From: Octopus bimaculoides
Lineage: Eukaryota
Direction: 5' to 3'
Assembly: GCF_001194135.2 (NCBI RefSeq)
Contig: NC_068990.1
Coordinates: 29,690,515-29,754,514, forward strand
DNA length: 64,000 nucleotides
Position numbers and translations under genes: made by a program. Shown piece after piece: positions 13,165 through 25,700 of the stretch. Every line of letters begins with the position of its first letter. Position 1 is the stretch's first letter. Under the pieces are notes generated by a model. It saw only the letters and a program-made list of their open reading frames with translations, had not been told where the DNA came from and did no database searches.

Positions 13165-14168
13165 CGTCTAATATTGTTATTACTTATATCTCGTTTAGAG
13201 GTTTTAGAACCAGCTATTTTGCTTGTTATATCGGGCTTGAGGAGACCTATTGAGTCAAGTAAAATAAAAAATCAGAATCTCAAATCAAAAATAGAATTGT
13301 AGTTGAGGCCAATGCCAGTGCCGCCTGACTGACTGACTCCTGTTCTGGTGGCGCATGAAAAGCACCATCCAAATGTGGTCAATGCTAGTACTCCTGCCCC
13401 GACTGGCTCCTGTGCCAGTAGCATTTAAAAAGCACCATCCGAACGTGGCCGATACCAGTACTGGTTGACTGGCTCTTGTGCCGGTGGCATGTAAAAAGCA
13501 CCCACTACACTCTCGGAGTGATTGGCATTGGGAAGGGCATCCAGCTGTAGAAACATTGCCAGATCAGATTGGAGCCTTGTGCAGCCTTCGGGCTGGCCAG
13601 TCCCCAGTCAAACAATCCAACCTATGCCAGCATGGAAAACGGATGTTAAATGATGATGATATGTATGTATATATATATATAAAATGGATGAATGAATAAT
13701 CCTTTGTTTACAGTTAACATGGAAAATTCAATAAACATACATGGACATAAAGAAAGAATGAGGAGATTTAACAAAAACCTATGGAATTTCAGAGTTTATC
13801 CACTGGGTGGGTTGGTTTCCTGCAATGGCTGTGGTCAGGTAGCAAGTTTCTGACCCAAGTATTAAAAGATGTGAAGAGATCTAATAAACCGTCCTCCCCC
13901 GAAACATTACAATTTCCACCTCATGCTATTTATTCCGACTTTCATTGAACTGCTTTTATCAACAGACATAACATCCTTAAATTCTTGAAGCTCTAGGGAG
14001 GAGGGGAGTTTTGCTATTCCCTGTGCGTGATGCTGTGATGTTAATTCAAGTGACAAGAGAAACAAAATATAAAAACAATAATTGAATAAAAAAAAAATAA
14101 TAAAATTTATTTAGAAGATATTTTTAAAAATATTATTTAAAAGATATATCTCATTTAAAAGACACATT

Positions 14169-14202
<34 letters not shown>

Positions 14203-14353
14203 CACACACACACAACACATAAATAAATGCATGTGGGCATAAAAAAAATGAATCTGATGATATGATAAAATTATAATAATGTTAATTTTTCTATTTTTGG
14301 TTTTTCTTTAGAAAAATAGATGTCTCTGTTGTTGAGTGTAACTTGTCTGTTTG

Positions 14354-14565
14354 TCAACATGTAAATACCGGAAGCATTGACTCGGCAAGTTCTTCCGGTG
14401 GCGGCAGCTTCCACTGAACTTTCCGTCCGTATTCATAAAGATTTTTAATGACATTCTTGATGTGGTTTTCGCCTTTCTTGGCCATTTCCTCGTACAAGCG
14501 ATACAAACGCAGGGCGCTACGTGCGTCTTCTATTGAGTCATGGGTGAAAGACTGGATATCCATTT
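14354..14565 (-). CDS. PAN2: PAN2 terminal exon ([15 protein letters not shown]...VFTC*)
   Basis: ttttcag|AA acceptor; TGA at 14356-14354. Confidence 0.97.
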
Positions 14566-17500
14566 CTGAAAATAGATTAGGCTCAGCAAATAGCTTTAAC
14601 TTATCAACAATAATAAACAGTAACCCCTTTCCTGCTTCTGTTCATTATTAATTTAACCCTTTGCCATTCAGATTCCTTTGTCAAATGTGATGCTCATTTA
14701 GTCACTTTATTTTTAATTAATTATGATGTTAACCCTTTCATTACCAACCTCGCTGAAACCAGCTCTGGCTCTGTAGTACAAATGTCTAGTTTTCATAAGT
14801 TTGGAATTAAAATCTTTCACCAAAACTTAGTCACAATTTATGCTCCTAACACTAGCTTAATGATAACTAAGTTATTTTACTAATTTCTTTGTTATATTTA
14901 AAATTAATTGAAAGAAACACAGAGCATCACTGGTTTACAAGTAACTGCAACCCTGCTGGTGCTGCATAAAAAGCAGTCAGTCCACCTGTAAAGTGACCAG
15001 CATTAGGAAGGGCACCCAACCATAGAAACCATGCCTGATGCAGTTCACTGGCTTGCCAGCTCCAGTCAAACTGTCCAACCCATACCAGAATGGGAAACAG
15101 ATGATGATGATGATAAATGAGCTTCTTCTGGTAATAAAAGCTGGGTCAGAGATTTGGTTCACCAAATCTCTGGAAATAAGTTGATTATGAAATCTTTGCA
15201 TTTCACAAATTAAAGTCATCAATTAACAGACATTATAACAATGAAAATTAATTACAGTAATAAAAACACTAGACAAATAGGAAATAAAAAAAAGGTGTTT
15301 CTCACTAACTTAGAAAGTAGCGAACCAAAAACTTGAGTGATATGTTTCTTTGCCTCGGCTGCCGTAATAGTTCGACTGTATCAACAATTTGTTTCTTTGG
15401 GACCTACACAAAAATGGAAAATAACAAAGTATTCACAGAACATCACAATTTCTTCAAATCAGACAGTTTGAGTAAATACTAGGCAATTCCCGCTGTGAAG
15501 ATTAATTGGTTGAAAGCTCATGTCTGAGAATTAGTGATCCAGAATAATCGATAAGAGGTCCTCTCAAGGCAAATCATGCAATGTTCTGTGTTTGAACATA
15601 CACACACACACGTGTCGGTGGCACGCAAAAAGCACCATTCGAGCATGGTCGTTGCCAGTGCCGCCTGACTGGCTCCCATGCCAGTGGCACGTAAAAAGCA
15701 CCATTCAAGCATGGTTGATGCCAGTACTGCCTGACTGGCTCCTGTGCTGGTGGCACATAAAAAGCACTCACTACACTCTCAGAGTGGTTGGTGTTAGGAA
15801 GGGTATCCAGCAGTAGAAACCTTGCCAGATCANNNNNNNNNNCACTCACTACACTCTCAGAGTGGTTGGTGTTAGGAAGGGTATCCAGCAGTAGAAACCT
15901 TGCCAGATCAGATTGGAGCCTGGTGCAGCCTCCTGGCTTGCCACTCCTCAGTCAAACTGCCCAACCCATGCCAGCATGGAAAGCGGATGTTAAACAATGA
16001 TGATGATGATATATATATATACATATATGAGGGGAGCTTTTCACTTAGTTGATTGGCACATGAAAAATAGCAGCCAAGTCTCCCTCAAATCAAACTTTAC
16101 CATTTTAAACAGAAAACACTTAATTACTCAGACACAAAAACGCTGAAAAAAATACATGTTGGTCATGGATGGACTCTTTTTGCAAGTAGGTTTTTCTTAT
16201 CAAATGACATGTATGCATGTATATGTGTTTGTATAGGCATGTAACGTGTGTGCGTGTAAAAATCAATGGAATATGCGTAAATCTGAAGGTTTTGCTATTT
16301 ACTGAAATGTTGATAACTCTGAAGTCTTTTTTAAGTCCATGGCCGACAAAGCAAACGCCTTGGTCTACGAGGTATCGGAGTTTCATGTACGTTGACTTGA
16401 GCGTGGTTAAATGTTTTGTGGAAACGGAAGCAATGAGATCGTCAGGTTTAATGCCGGAATACTCCGTCAGATAGTCGACAACTTGTTCCTGCATGGCGAT
16501 ATAGTCATCAATGAAAGGTTCACCGTGGAGAGGGCCATATCTGGATTGGGAAGAAATAGAAAGAAAAAAAACTCATAAAAATAATGACGGTTATTTATAG
16601 TTTGTGTGGGGAAATGTAATGAGATGTGGTAATGTGTAGGAGAGAGAGAGAGAGGTAGGTACAGTGATTGAAGATGTTGCGTGATGTAGAATGGCGTAAG
16701 GTTATGAAACTTGGAGCAGATAATAAAAGGATACCCACGCAATATCAGGAGAATATAGTGGATGGGGTCAATTCTTTGATTTTTTTGGTTCAAATTAGCC
16801 AGATGACAATAGTACACATCAGAATTAATGGTCTGGTTTCGTGGGAGAAGCTCATAATAAATAATGCCTTTATGATCCCACCAAACACAAAACAACTTTT
16901 TTGGCATGGATGTTCGTCTTTGGTTGCTGTTTTGGGTGTTCCTTACACAAACTCCAGGATCTGTTTCACACTATGTTTTTGTACACAATCTATTTTTCAT
17001 CTCCAGTCACAAGTTCTTTAAAAAAAGGCAGGCTTTCATTCCATTTCAAAAGCATATCACAAACTGAATACTGGTCCAAGCAATGCTTTTCTGAGAGTTT
17101 GTGAGGGACCCATACATTATAGCAAGAAATGTATCCTAGCTTCACTAGATGTTCACGAGCCATACTTTTAGAAATTTCCAACTCCTCTGCAAGTTCTCTC
17201 GTCGTCATATTTGAGTTTTCTTTGATTTTTGCCATCGAAACATCTTCATCCAATTTTGAAGGTCTTCCACTGCGGCTGTCGTCTTCCAAGCTAAACTCCC
17301 CAGCTTTTAAATTTTGCAAACCACCTTCAAACAGTTGATTCACCTACAGCAGCATCATCATTACCATAATCTTCACAAATGTTTTTGCAAGTCTTTGCAG
17401 CATTTTCTCCTTTTTTAAAAAAGGAAAGCATTACAATGTGAACATGAGATTTCTGGTTCTCCATTTCAAATGTCAATAAAGGGGAATCCGAATGAACGAT

Positions 17501-20500
17501 AAATCTATTTTTAATCAAGAACAAAGAAGAGATGCACTACCACTTCAAGCAATGCCAAAGTTTTAACTGTTTTACATTTCAGGTGTGTTCAATGAAGCGT
17601 TAAAGGATTTAGCTTGAAAACGCTCAGAACTTTCCAGATAACCTAAAATATATATACATATATTCACACACATGTGTGTATGTGTGAAACCCACATGCAG
17701 TGTTGTCATCTACTGTCAACAAATCAACTCATTTTGTACTTTCAAAGACATAAAATCCATTCCTAGCTAAAAGAAAGTAAGGGACTTCTTTATTTCACAC
17801 TTGAAAAGCAAGCAAGGGTTAATGACAGGAAGGGCATCTGGCTGTAAAACAATGCCTGACTAATAAAGATTCATCTAACCCATGCTAGCATGAAAAAAAC
17901 AAGTGTAAAACAGAAGAAAGAATGAATAGTATAACTCACCCTCGAACACAGGTCAATCGAGCAAGTGCAAGGTGTGAAGGTTTCAATGTAGATCGTGTTC
18001 CATCACTTTTTAGTTCTGCTTGTTCCTGTCAGAAATTGGAAACAGAAAATATTACTTACTACAATCAAAAACAACAAATTATACCAAAGATTCTCAACCA
18101 CAGCTCCCAGGGCCACATGCGGCCCTCAACAATCTTCCCTCTATAAATATAATAAGTTTTTCTTTAATTGACTTACGTTTGACTTCTTTGGGCACAACCC
18201 AGGTTTTGTTGAGAGCCACTGGATTAGACACGGAATCTGTTAGTTTCTCTTAAAACATTGGGTTTAGATTTTTATTTATTTATTACACAGGNNNNNNNNN
18301 NAGTATAACTCACCCTCGAACACAGGTCAATCGAGCAAGTGCAAGGTGTGAAGGTTTCAATGTAGATCGTGTTCCATCACTTTTTAGTTCTGCTTGTTCC
18401 TGTCAGAAATTGGAAACAGAAAATATTACTTACTACAATCAAAAACAACAAATTATACCAAAGATTCTCAACCACAGCTCCCAGGGCCACATGCGGCCCT
18501 CAACAATCTTCCCTCTATAAATATAATAAGTTTTTCTTTAATTGACTTACGTTTGACTTCTTTGGGCACAACCCAGGTTTTGTTGAGAGCCACTGGATTA
18601 GACACGGAATCTGTTAGTTTCTCTTAAAACATTGGGTTTAGATTTTTATTTATTTATTACACAGGTATTGAGAGAGAACATTATTTACATTTGACGGATA
18701 TTTGTCCTCGTCTTGTTTGTTGTTAACACAATGTTTCGGCTGGTATACCCTCCAGCCTTCATCATGTGTTTTGGGGACATTTCGAACCTGGGTTCTCATT
18801 CCACTACACAATATGCCCACAGGCATATGGCGTAGTAGTTAAGAACGCGGGCTACTAACCCCAAGATTCCGAGTTTGATTCCAAGCAGTGCACTGAACAG
18901 CAACAACAACACCTTAGGAATGAGAACCCAGGTTCGAAATTTCCCCAAGACACCTGATGAAGGCTGGAGGGTATATTAGCCGAAACATTGTGTTAACAAC
19001 AAACAAGATGAGAACAAATATCTATCATAATTCCTCATCTCTTAAATATAGAACTGTATTGAGAGAGAAGTTGGGCATAAGAGGAATTAGATGCAATGTG
19101 CAAGAGAGGAGACTGCAGTGGAGTGGTCATGTGATGCAGATGGATGAGGACAGTTGCATAAAAAAGAGCCAATCCCTCAAAGTGGAGGGAAGTTGATGAA
19201 GAAAGTGACCCAGGAAGACATGGGATGAAGTACTGAACCATACAAAGGAGATGAAAGAGGACCGAGATATGTAGCACAAGACCTGCCCACCACAACAGAA
19301 CTGAGATCCTAAAACCAAGGTGCCATATAAAAAGCATTGGTGCCGGTTCCACATAAAAAGCACTCAGTATGCTCTGTGGATTGGTTGGCATAAGGAAGGG
19401 CATACAGCTGTAGTAACCAAATAAAAACAGAGCATGGAACCTGGAGTGCTCCAGGCCTCACCAGTTCCTGTCAAGATGTCCAACACATGGCAGCATGGAA
19501 AAGTGGACAGTCCATCTATAATTATGACAAAATTTCATATTTAATTCTTCACTTTACTAGAAAAGTCCTGTGACAATGAATATCTGCACACACACATGCG
19601 CGCACGTGCAAGGACAATTATTTGATGAGTCAACAATCAGGAGCCACCACATGACTGCCTGATCTGCTAGAAATAGCAACCAAATCATTTTCAGATTCAC
19701 TATCTGTGAAATGAATACATTGCAGTCCTAGACATACTATGATAGGATGGTCGTTGCAGGTAGCCCTCTCCTTTCTTTGATCTGGTCACAGTTGAATCCC
19801 TTTGATGTTAGGTCTGCCCAACCAGTCCTGGAGGAGGACGATGACCACCACCACCAACAACAGTTATCTGAATGTAAACCAGTAGCAGGAATAAGTAAAG
19901 GCCTTACCTGATCTAATGAGACAAACTCTGCATCCAGGGCGACCAGAGACCCTCTTTTGGGGATTTCATCTGGGGTTAATGGAATAAAGGTCTTCTCTGT
20001 AATTTTAGGGTTCACAACTCCACTTTGGTCCAAAAGAACATCTGATGTGATGGGGTTTTGCACTGGAAAAATTAAATGAGAAATCACAAATCATAAAACT
20101 AGTTGGCACTTTTGTGCTTCCATACTATAGCAAAGTATAAGTCAAGGAGGCTGTCTATAGGTCAGTCAACTTGGTAGAAATAGCAGCCAGATTGGTGTCA
20201 AATCACATTGTATTGTCTTAATAAAAGGGCACACAATACAATATGGCCCCTGGTATAAAGTAAGATGAGATGGTCATAGCTGAAACCCTCTTTCTTCATT
20301 GGTGTACTCAGTTAGCATTACTTAGGGCTAAACAGCAACTATGCAAACAATACACCACAACTATGTTTCTCAAACTAACAAGGCAGCTCTTCTACGTCAT
20401 TTAATCAGCTAGAAATAGCAGTTAAATCAACCTGCTAAATATAGCAACCAAATCTCTCAAATCACATTCCAGTACATTAAAATGAGGTCTTATTGGATAA

Positions 20501-22749
20501 TGTGGCCTTAGATAGATTGCCTGAATAATAAATGGGATGGTCATGGAATGATTAAGACACTCTAATCTTAAAACTTGTTCTGCTATGATCTTTTCTCTCA
20601 TACGTTAATCCAGGGGTTTTCAACTGGGGTTCATATAAGATTTTTTTGTCAAGATTTGTGTGAAACATCATTTATATTTTTTATAATAAACAAAATATCA
20701 TTATGTTTTTATACAATTCCTAATAGTATTCAACTATAAACATATAATAGGATTTTATTTAAACATTGAATGGGGTCCAGTGGAGTGAAATAGGAATCAA
20801 AGTGGTTCATGGGGTAAAAATGGTCGAGAACCACTGCTTTAAGCCTTCATCTCCAAGCATAAAAATCACCTCTCTCAGGGTTCATAGTTTTGTAAGTGAC
20901 ATGGTGACCTCACTAGTGCTGGTGCCATGGAAAGAAAGGCATTCGATGCACTCTGTAAAGTGGTTGGTATTTGGAAGGGCATCCAACCATAGAAACTGTG
21001 CCTAAGCAGACACTGGAGACGATGCAGTCCTTGGATCCATCAGTTTCTGTTGAACCATCCGACTCATGCCAGCATGGAACAACATGGACATTAAATGCTG
21101 AGCATGATGGTGATGATGATATCAGAAATCATCTGGGGCTAAACACCAAACCAACAACTCAACAAGAAGCAACACAAATTGTATCTATTTCTAGTGAAGG
21201 CCAAGTAGAGGCACAAGGTTTGGCTGTGTGGTTAAGAAGCTTTGTTTGCTAGCTGTGTGGTTTTGGGTTCAGTCCAACTGCAAAGCATCTACTTTAGCCA
21301 CAGACCAATCAAAGCCTTGCAAGTAGATATTGTAGATGGAAACTGAAAGAAGCCCATCATAAATGTCAATTTGTTTGAATAAACCCTTGAAGGAGATGCC
21401 CCAGCATGGCCACAACCCAATGACTGAAACAAGTAAAAGCTACTCACCCGTTAAATCATAGTATTGGTTGATATTTTTCCGAGTAAAATAAATGATGCAG
21501 GGTATTTTCCAGTCCATGTCAAAATGCAAAGCTTCTGACTGAAAACAAATTTCAAAATTAAAAGGAAAATCTTAATAAAAGAGACTTTCTAAAAATTAGA
21601 GGAACAACAACAGTTCTAGGGGCTTCAAGAAACCAAAAACTTGAGAGAAAATTCTGACAACCTTACTAAATACAGTTCTACATTTCAGAGATGAGGAATT
21701 ATTTACATTATTTACATTTGACAAATATCCGTCAAATGTAAATAACGTAAATAATGAACCTTACTAAATATTTACAATATTTCCCCATAGATATATTTGT
21801 GTGTGTGTGTCTGTCCCCGTCCATTTTCAATCAGTCCAATGCATATTCGGAAGATTCTGCCACACGTCAGGCATTGGTCGTCTGCTGGGACTGAAGACAA
21901 AGTGTTTGCTCTGGACTTGTGTAGTTCCTGTATTTTTTCTTGTTTCTTTGCAATCCTGTTTTGTTTGTAGAAGGTGGCACCTCTGTTGGTGGAGCTTTGC
22001 CAGGCGGGGCAGTCTTGTGCCATTGTTTCCCCAGGTGTTCACATTGATCTCAAAGCTCGTCAGTGAGGTTTTGAGTGGGTCTTTGAAGTACTTTTTCTGT
22101 CCACTTTGTGTGTTCTTTGCCTTCTATCAGTTCAGTGTAAAACAGTTTCTCAACGAGTCACATGTCAGGCATTTAAACAAAGTGGCCTGCCCCACCTGAC
22201 TTGTGCTCTCTTCAGCAGTGTGTAATATGGTTGGCAGATCAGCTCAAGAGAGGACCTCTGTGCCTGGGACCTTGTCTCACCTAGTAACTTTCAACAAGTT
22301 TTGCAGGCAGTTCATATGGAAGCAGCTTAGTTTTTTGGCATGTGTATGTATGTATATATATACATATATATATATCATACATGCACACAAATATATTTAT
22401 AAAAACACAATGTTTAACTATTACATGCATTTCAGGTGAATTCATAACAAAAAAATCTGTTCTGCTTTGGCCCTTTCCTATCGTACTTTACTCTTCTCTA
22501 CTCCTCATTTCCTCCCCACTCAGGGGTTTGAAGTCCTACAAGCTAAATGGTGACCTTATTAATGCTGGTAGCACAACAACAACAACAACAACAAGAAAAC
22601 ACCCAGCACATACCATAAAGTGTTTGGTGTTAGAAAGGTCATCCAGCTGTAAAAAACAAAGACATGTCAAAGCAGGCAGTGGAGCACAATGCAGTCTGTC
22701 AGACCATCCAACCCATGCCAGCATGGAACTGGGACGTTAAATGATGGTG

Positions 22750-22799
<50 letters not shown>

Positions 22800-25700
22800 G
22801 GGGGAAACGGTGAGAGGGTTTTGTTATCTGGGCAATAGGGTGGATGTGAAGCAGCTGTGACAGCAAGAACGAGAATTATCTGGGTGAAGTTCAGGGAATG
22901 TGGAGCGTTGTTATGTGGGAAAAGGTTCTCATTGAAGATGAAAAGAAGGGTCTATAGGAGTTGCTTGAGGGCTGCAATGCTGTATGGGAGTGAGACATGG
23001 TGTCTGAGGGAGAGAGAGAAACAGATGGTAATTTTGAGAAGGACCGAGAGAGAGCAATGGAAAGAGAAATGTGTGGGGTGAAGCTGCTTTTCAACTTTTA
23101 TATTTAACTTGTTTCACTGTGGCCATGCTGGGGCACCACCTGCAAGACGTTTCAGTTGAATGAATCAACACCATCACTTCATTTATTTTCTTTTAAAGCC
23201 TAATACTTATTCTATCAGTTTCTTTTGCTGAACTGCTAAGCTATGGGGACACAAATATATCAACACCAGATGTCAAGCAGTGGCTGGGGACAAAGACACA
23301 CACACACATATATCATCATCATCATCGTCATCCAATATTACGATAGGCTTCTTTCAGTTTCCGTCTACCAAATCCATTCATAAGGCTTTTGGTCTACTTG
23401 AGGCTATAGTAGAAAACATTTGCTCAAGGCGCCATGTAGTGGGACTGGCCAGACTTTTTTAGTGGGCAGTGACCCCACAGCCAAAATTTTGTTTAATGAG
23501 TTTACCACCAGAATTTTACCAGAGGGTTTAGAATCCCCCATCATCAGACTTGTATTTTGGTCAAGAGGGTTCCATGGTATCTGTGAGGTGTTTATCTTGT
23601 TTAGGTCGTGCATATGTCATAATAACAATAAAAAAGAAACAACAAAGTTACAATAAAAGAGAAAAATAAGAAGAAGAACCGAACTCACTATTTCGATTGG
23701 TGTGATGGAGAAATCGTTGAAGAGGTACCATTGGGTACAAGTGACTTTTTCTTTCCGTTGGTGGTACTTCTTGCCGACTTTGATACAGCTGACTAAATTA
23801 CCTGAGGTTTTACCATCTTTGATGTGCGACACTGTGGCATAGATTTCATAATCTTTTGTGAACTCTTCTGGTGTTGCTGTCTTTGCCTGAAATTAACAGG
23901 GAAACAGTGAAAGAAAGAAAGAAAGAGAGAGAGAAAGAAAGAAAGAAAGAAAGGAAGGAAATTGATACAGATACTACAACAGGAATGGTAGATGGAAGTG
24001 CTATAGTTTGTTAGTGGGAGGAGTAAGATAAGCAGAGATGGTGGTGGTGGTGGTGGGGGCACACTGAAGGTAAGTGGTCAAGCAAGGAAGCCAGCCTGCA
24101 TATGTGAAATTTCTTCAGTGATTGTACCTCCAAGTCATTCATCCTAATTATCTTTTAATGGCTTTCATTTATCATTTTAGCACTTTGCTGTTGTAAATAA
24201 ATGTTGTGAATATTTGTGTATATGCGAAGGGGTCATGGCTCAGTGGTTAGGGGTGTAAGGTCTTGAGTTTAATTCCTGGTGGTGTGTTGTGTCCTTGAGC
24301 AAGACACTTTATTTCACATTGCTCCAGTCCACTCAGCTGGCAAAAATGAGCCTTGTCACATTCTGTGTCACACTGAATCTCCCTAAGAACTACATTAGGG
24401 GGTACGCATGTCTGTGGTATATTCATCCCCTTATGTGTTAATTTCACGAGCAGTCCATTCTGTTGATCAGATCAACTGGAATTCCTTCCAACGGAGTGCC
24501 CAGCCTGCAATGCCAGCTGAATGGACTGGGGCAATGTGAAATAAAGTGTCTTGCTCAAGGACACAACACATTGCCAGGAATCAAACTCATGACCTTACAC
24601 CCCTAACCACTGAGCCATGGCCCCTTCGCATATATACAAATATTCACACTTGAAATAACAGAAGTTGTTGTGTGAGACATTAAGATAGTTCTTGATTATG
24701 ACTTAGTGGTAGGGCAGTTGGAAATTGATTGAAACATAGCAGCAGAGAGTGAAAATTATTTCGTTGTATTTTGGGAGGGTCATTATGCCAAAAACACACA
24801 CACTGGTCCTATTTCATGTCTTTTACTTTTTATTTGCCGAGACGTTAAGTAGTTAACCAATTAACTAACTGACTGCTTCATTAATCGATTCAGTTAATCA
24901 CACCATCAGGTTTGTCAAAGTTTTTTTGGTGCCATTTGTACTGTCAACAATGACATGTCTTCTCTGCTTTGAATTTAATAAAAATAGGTTTTAAGAAATG
25001 TCTAGGATTAAAAAGAAGGAAAAACATTTCCTTGTTTTGTCTTCCCAAGGGTATTTGAACTCATCATCATCATCATCGTCGTTTAACGTCCGCTTTCCAT
25101 ACTAGCATGGGTTGGACAATTTGACTGAGGACTGGTGAACCAGATGGCTACACCAGGCTCCAATCTGATTTGGCAGAGTTTCTACTGCTGGATGCCCTTC
25201 CTAATGCCAACCACTCCAAGAGTGTAGTGGGTTAACATCAAGATCAACTCTGATTAAGTACACAACTGAAGGACAATGTCATCCTTGATATACTATGACT
25301 GAGAAAACAAACAGATAAGTTGGTCATGGCTGGACAGCTGATGAATTTAATTGATATGTTAGATTAGGCAAATCCTGTTTCTACAGTGAATTTGAGGACA
25401 GTCTTCAAATACACCACAATAAACTAGACCAAAAGTGACATGTTCTGATAGCTCTAGAGTTTATATAACAGGACATGGACAGATGAATATAAGATGTGAG
25501 ATATGGACCCAGATAAGATTATGATATCGTTTATCCAGACTGAAAAACATTTGATTAGGGATTTGCAACAGAATGATCACTGGTGAGGCACTAGTGAAGT
25601 TAGGCAGCTAGAAACAGTGTCTTTAGGTAGATAAGGTTTTGCCATTTTCTCTTAGTTCCCAAAATGGTTTGGACCAATGTACAATGTGCATTTGATGTTG

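Noticed and set aside
13310-13500. Regularly spaced repeats resembling a CRISPR array
   Set aside because: The units are contiguous degenerate copies within LINE 3' UTRs, without unique spacers, in a eukaryotic intron-rich context.
15765-15910. 68-bp direct repeat
   Set aside because: Identical copies either side of a 10-N gap; assembly artefact. The same applies to 32371-32433 and 32444-32506.
17928-18665. Apparent tandem duplication of a PAN2 exon (17940-18025 and 18314-18399), suggesting mutually exclusive exons
   Set aside because: The 364-bp copies appear identical including intron sequence and are separated only by a 10-N spacer; typical overlap or haplotype assembly artefact.
18822-18890. 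tRNA gene (also the heads at 9297 and 24225)
   Set aside because: No complete cloverleaf or acceptor stem; the sequences run into SINE bodies or tails, so they are tRNA-derived heads.
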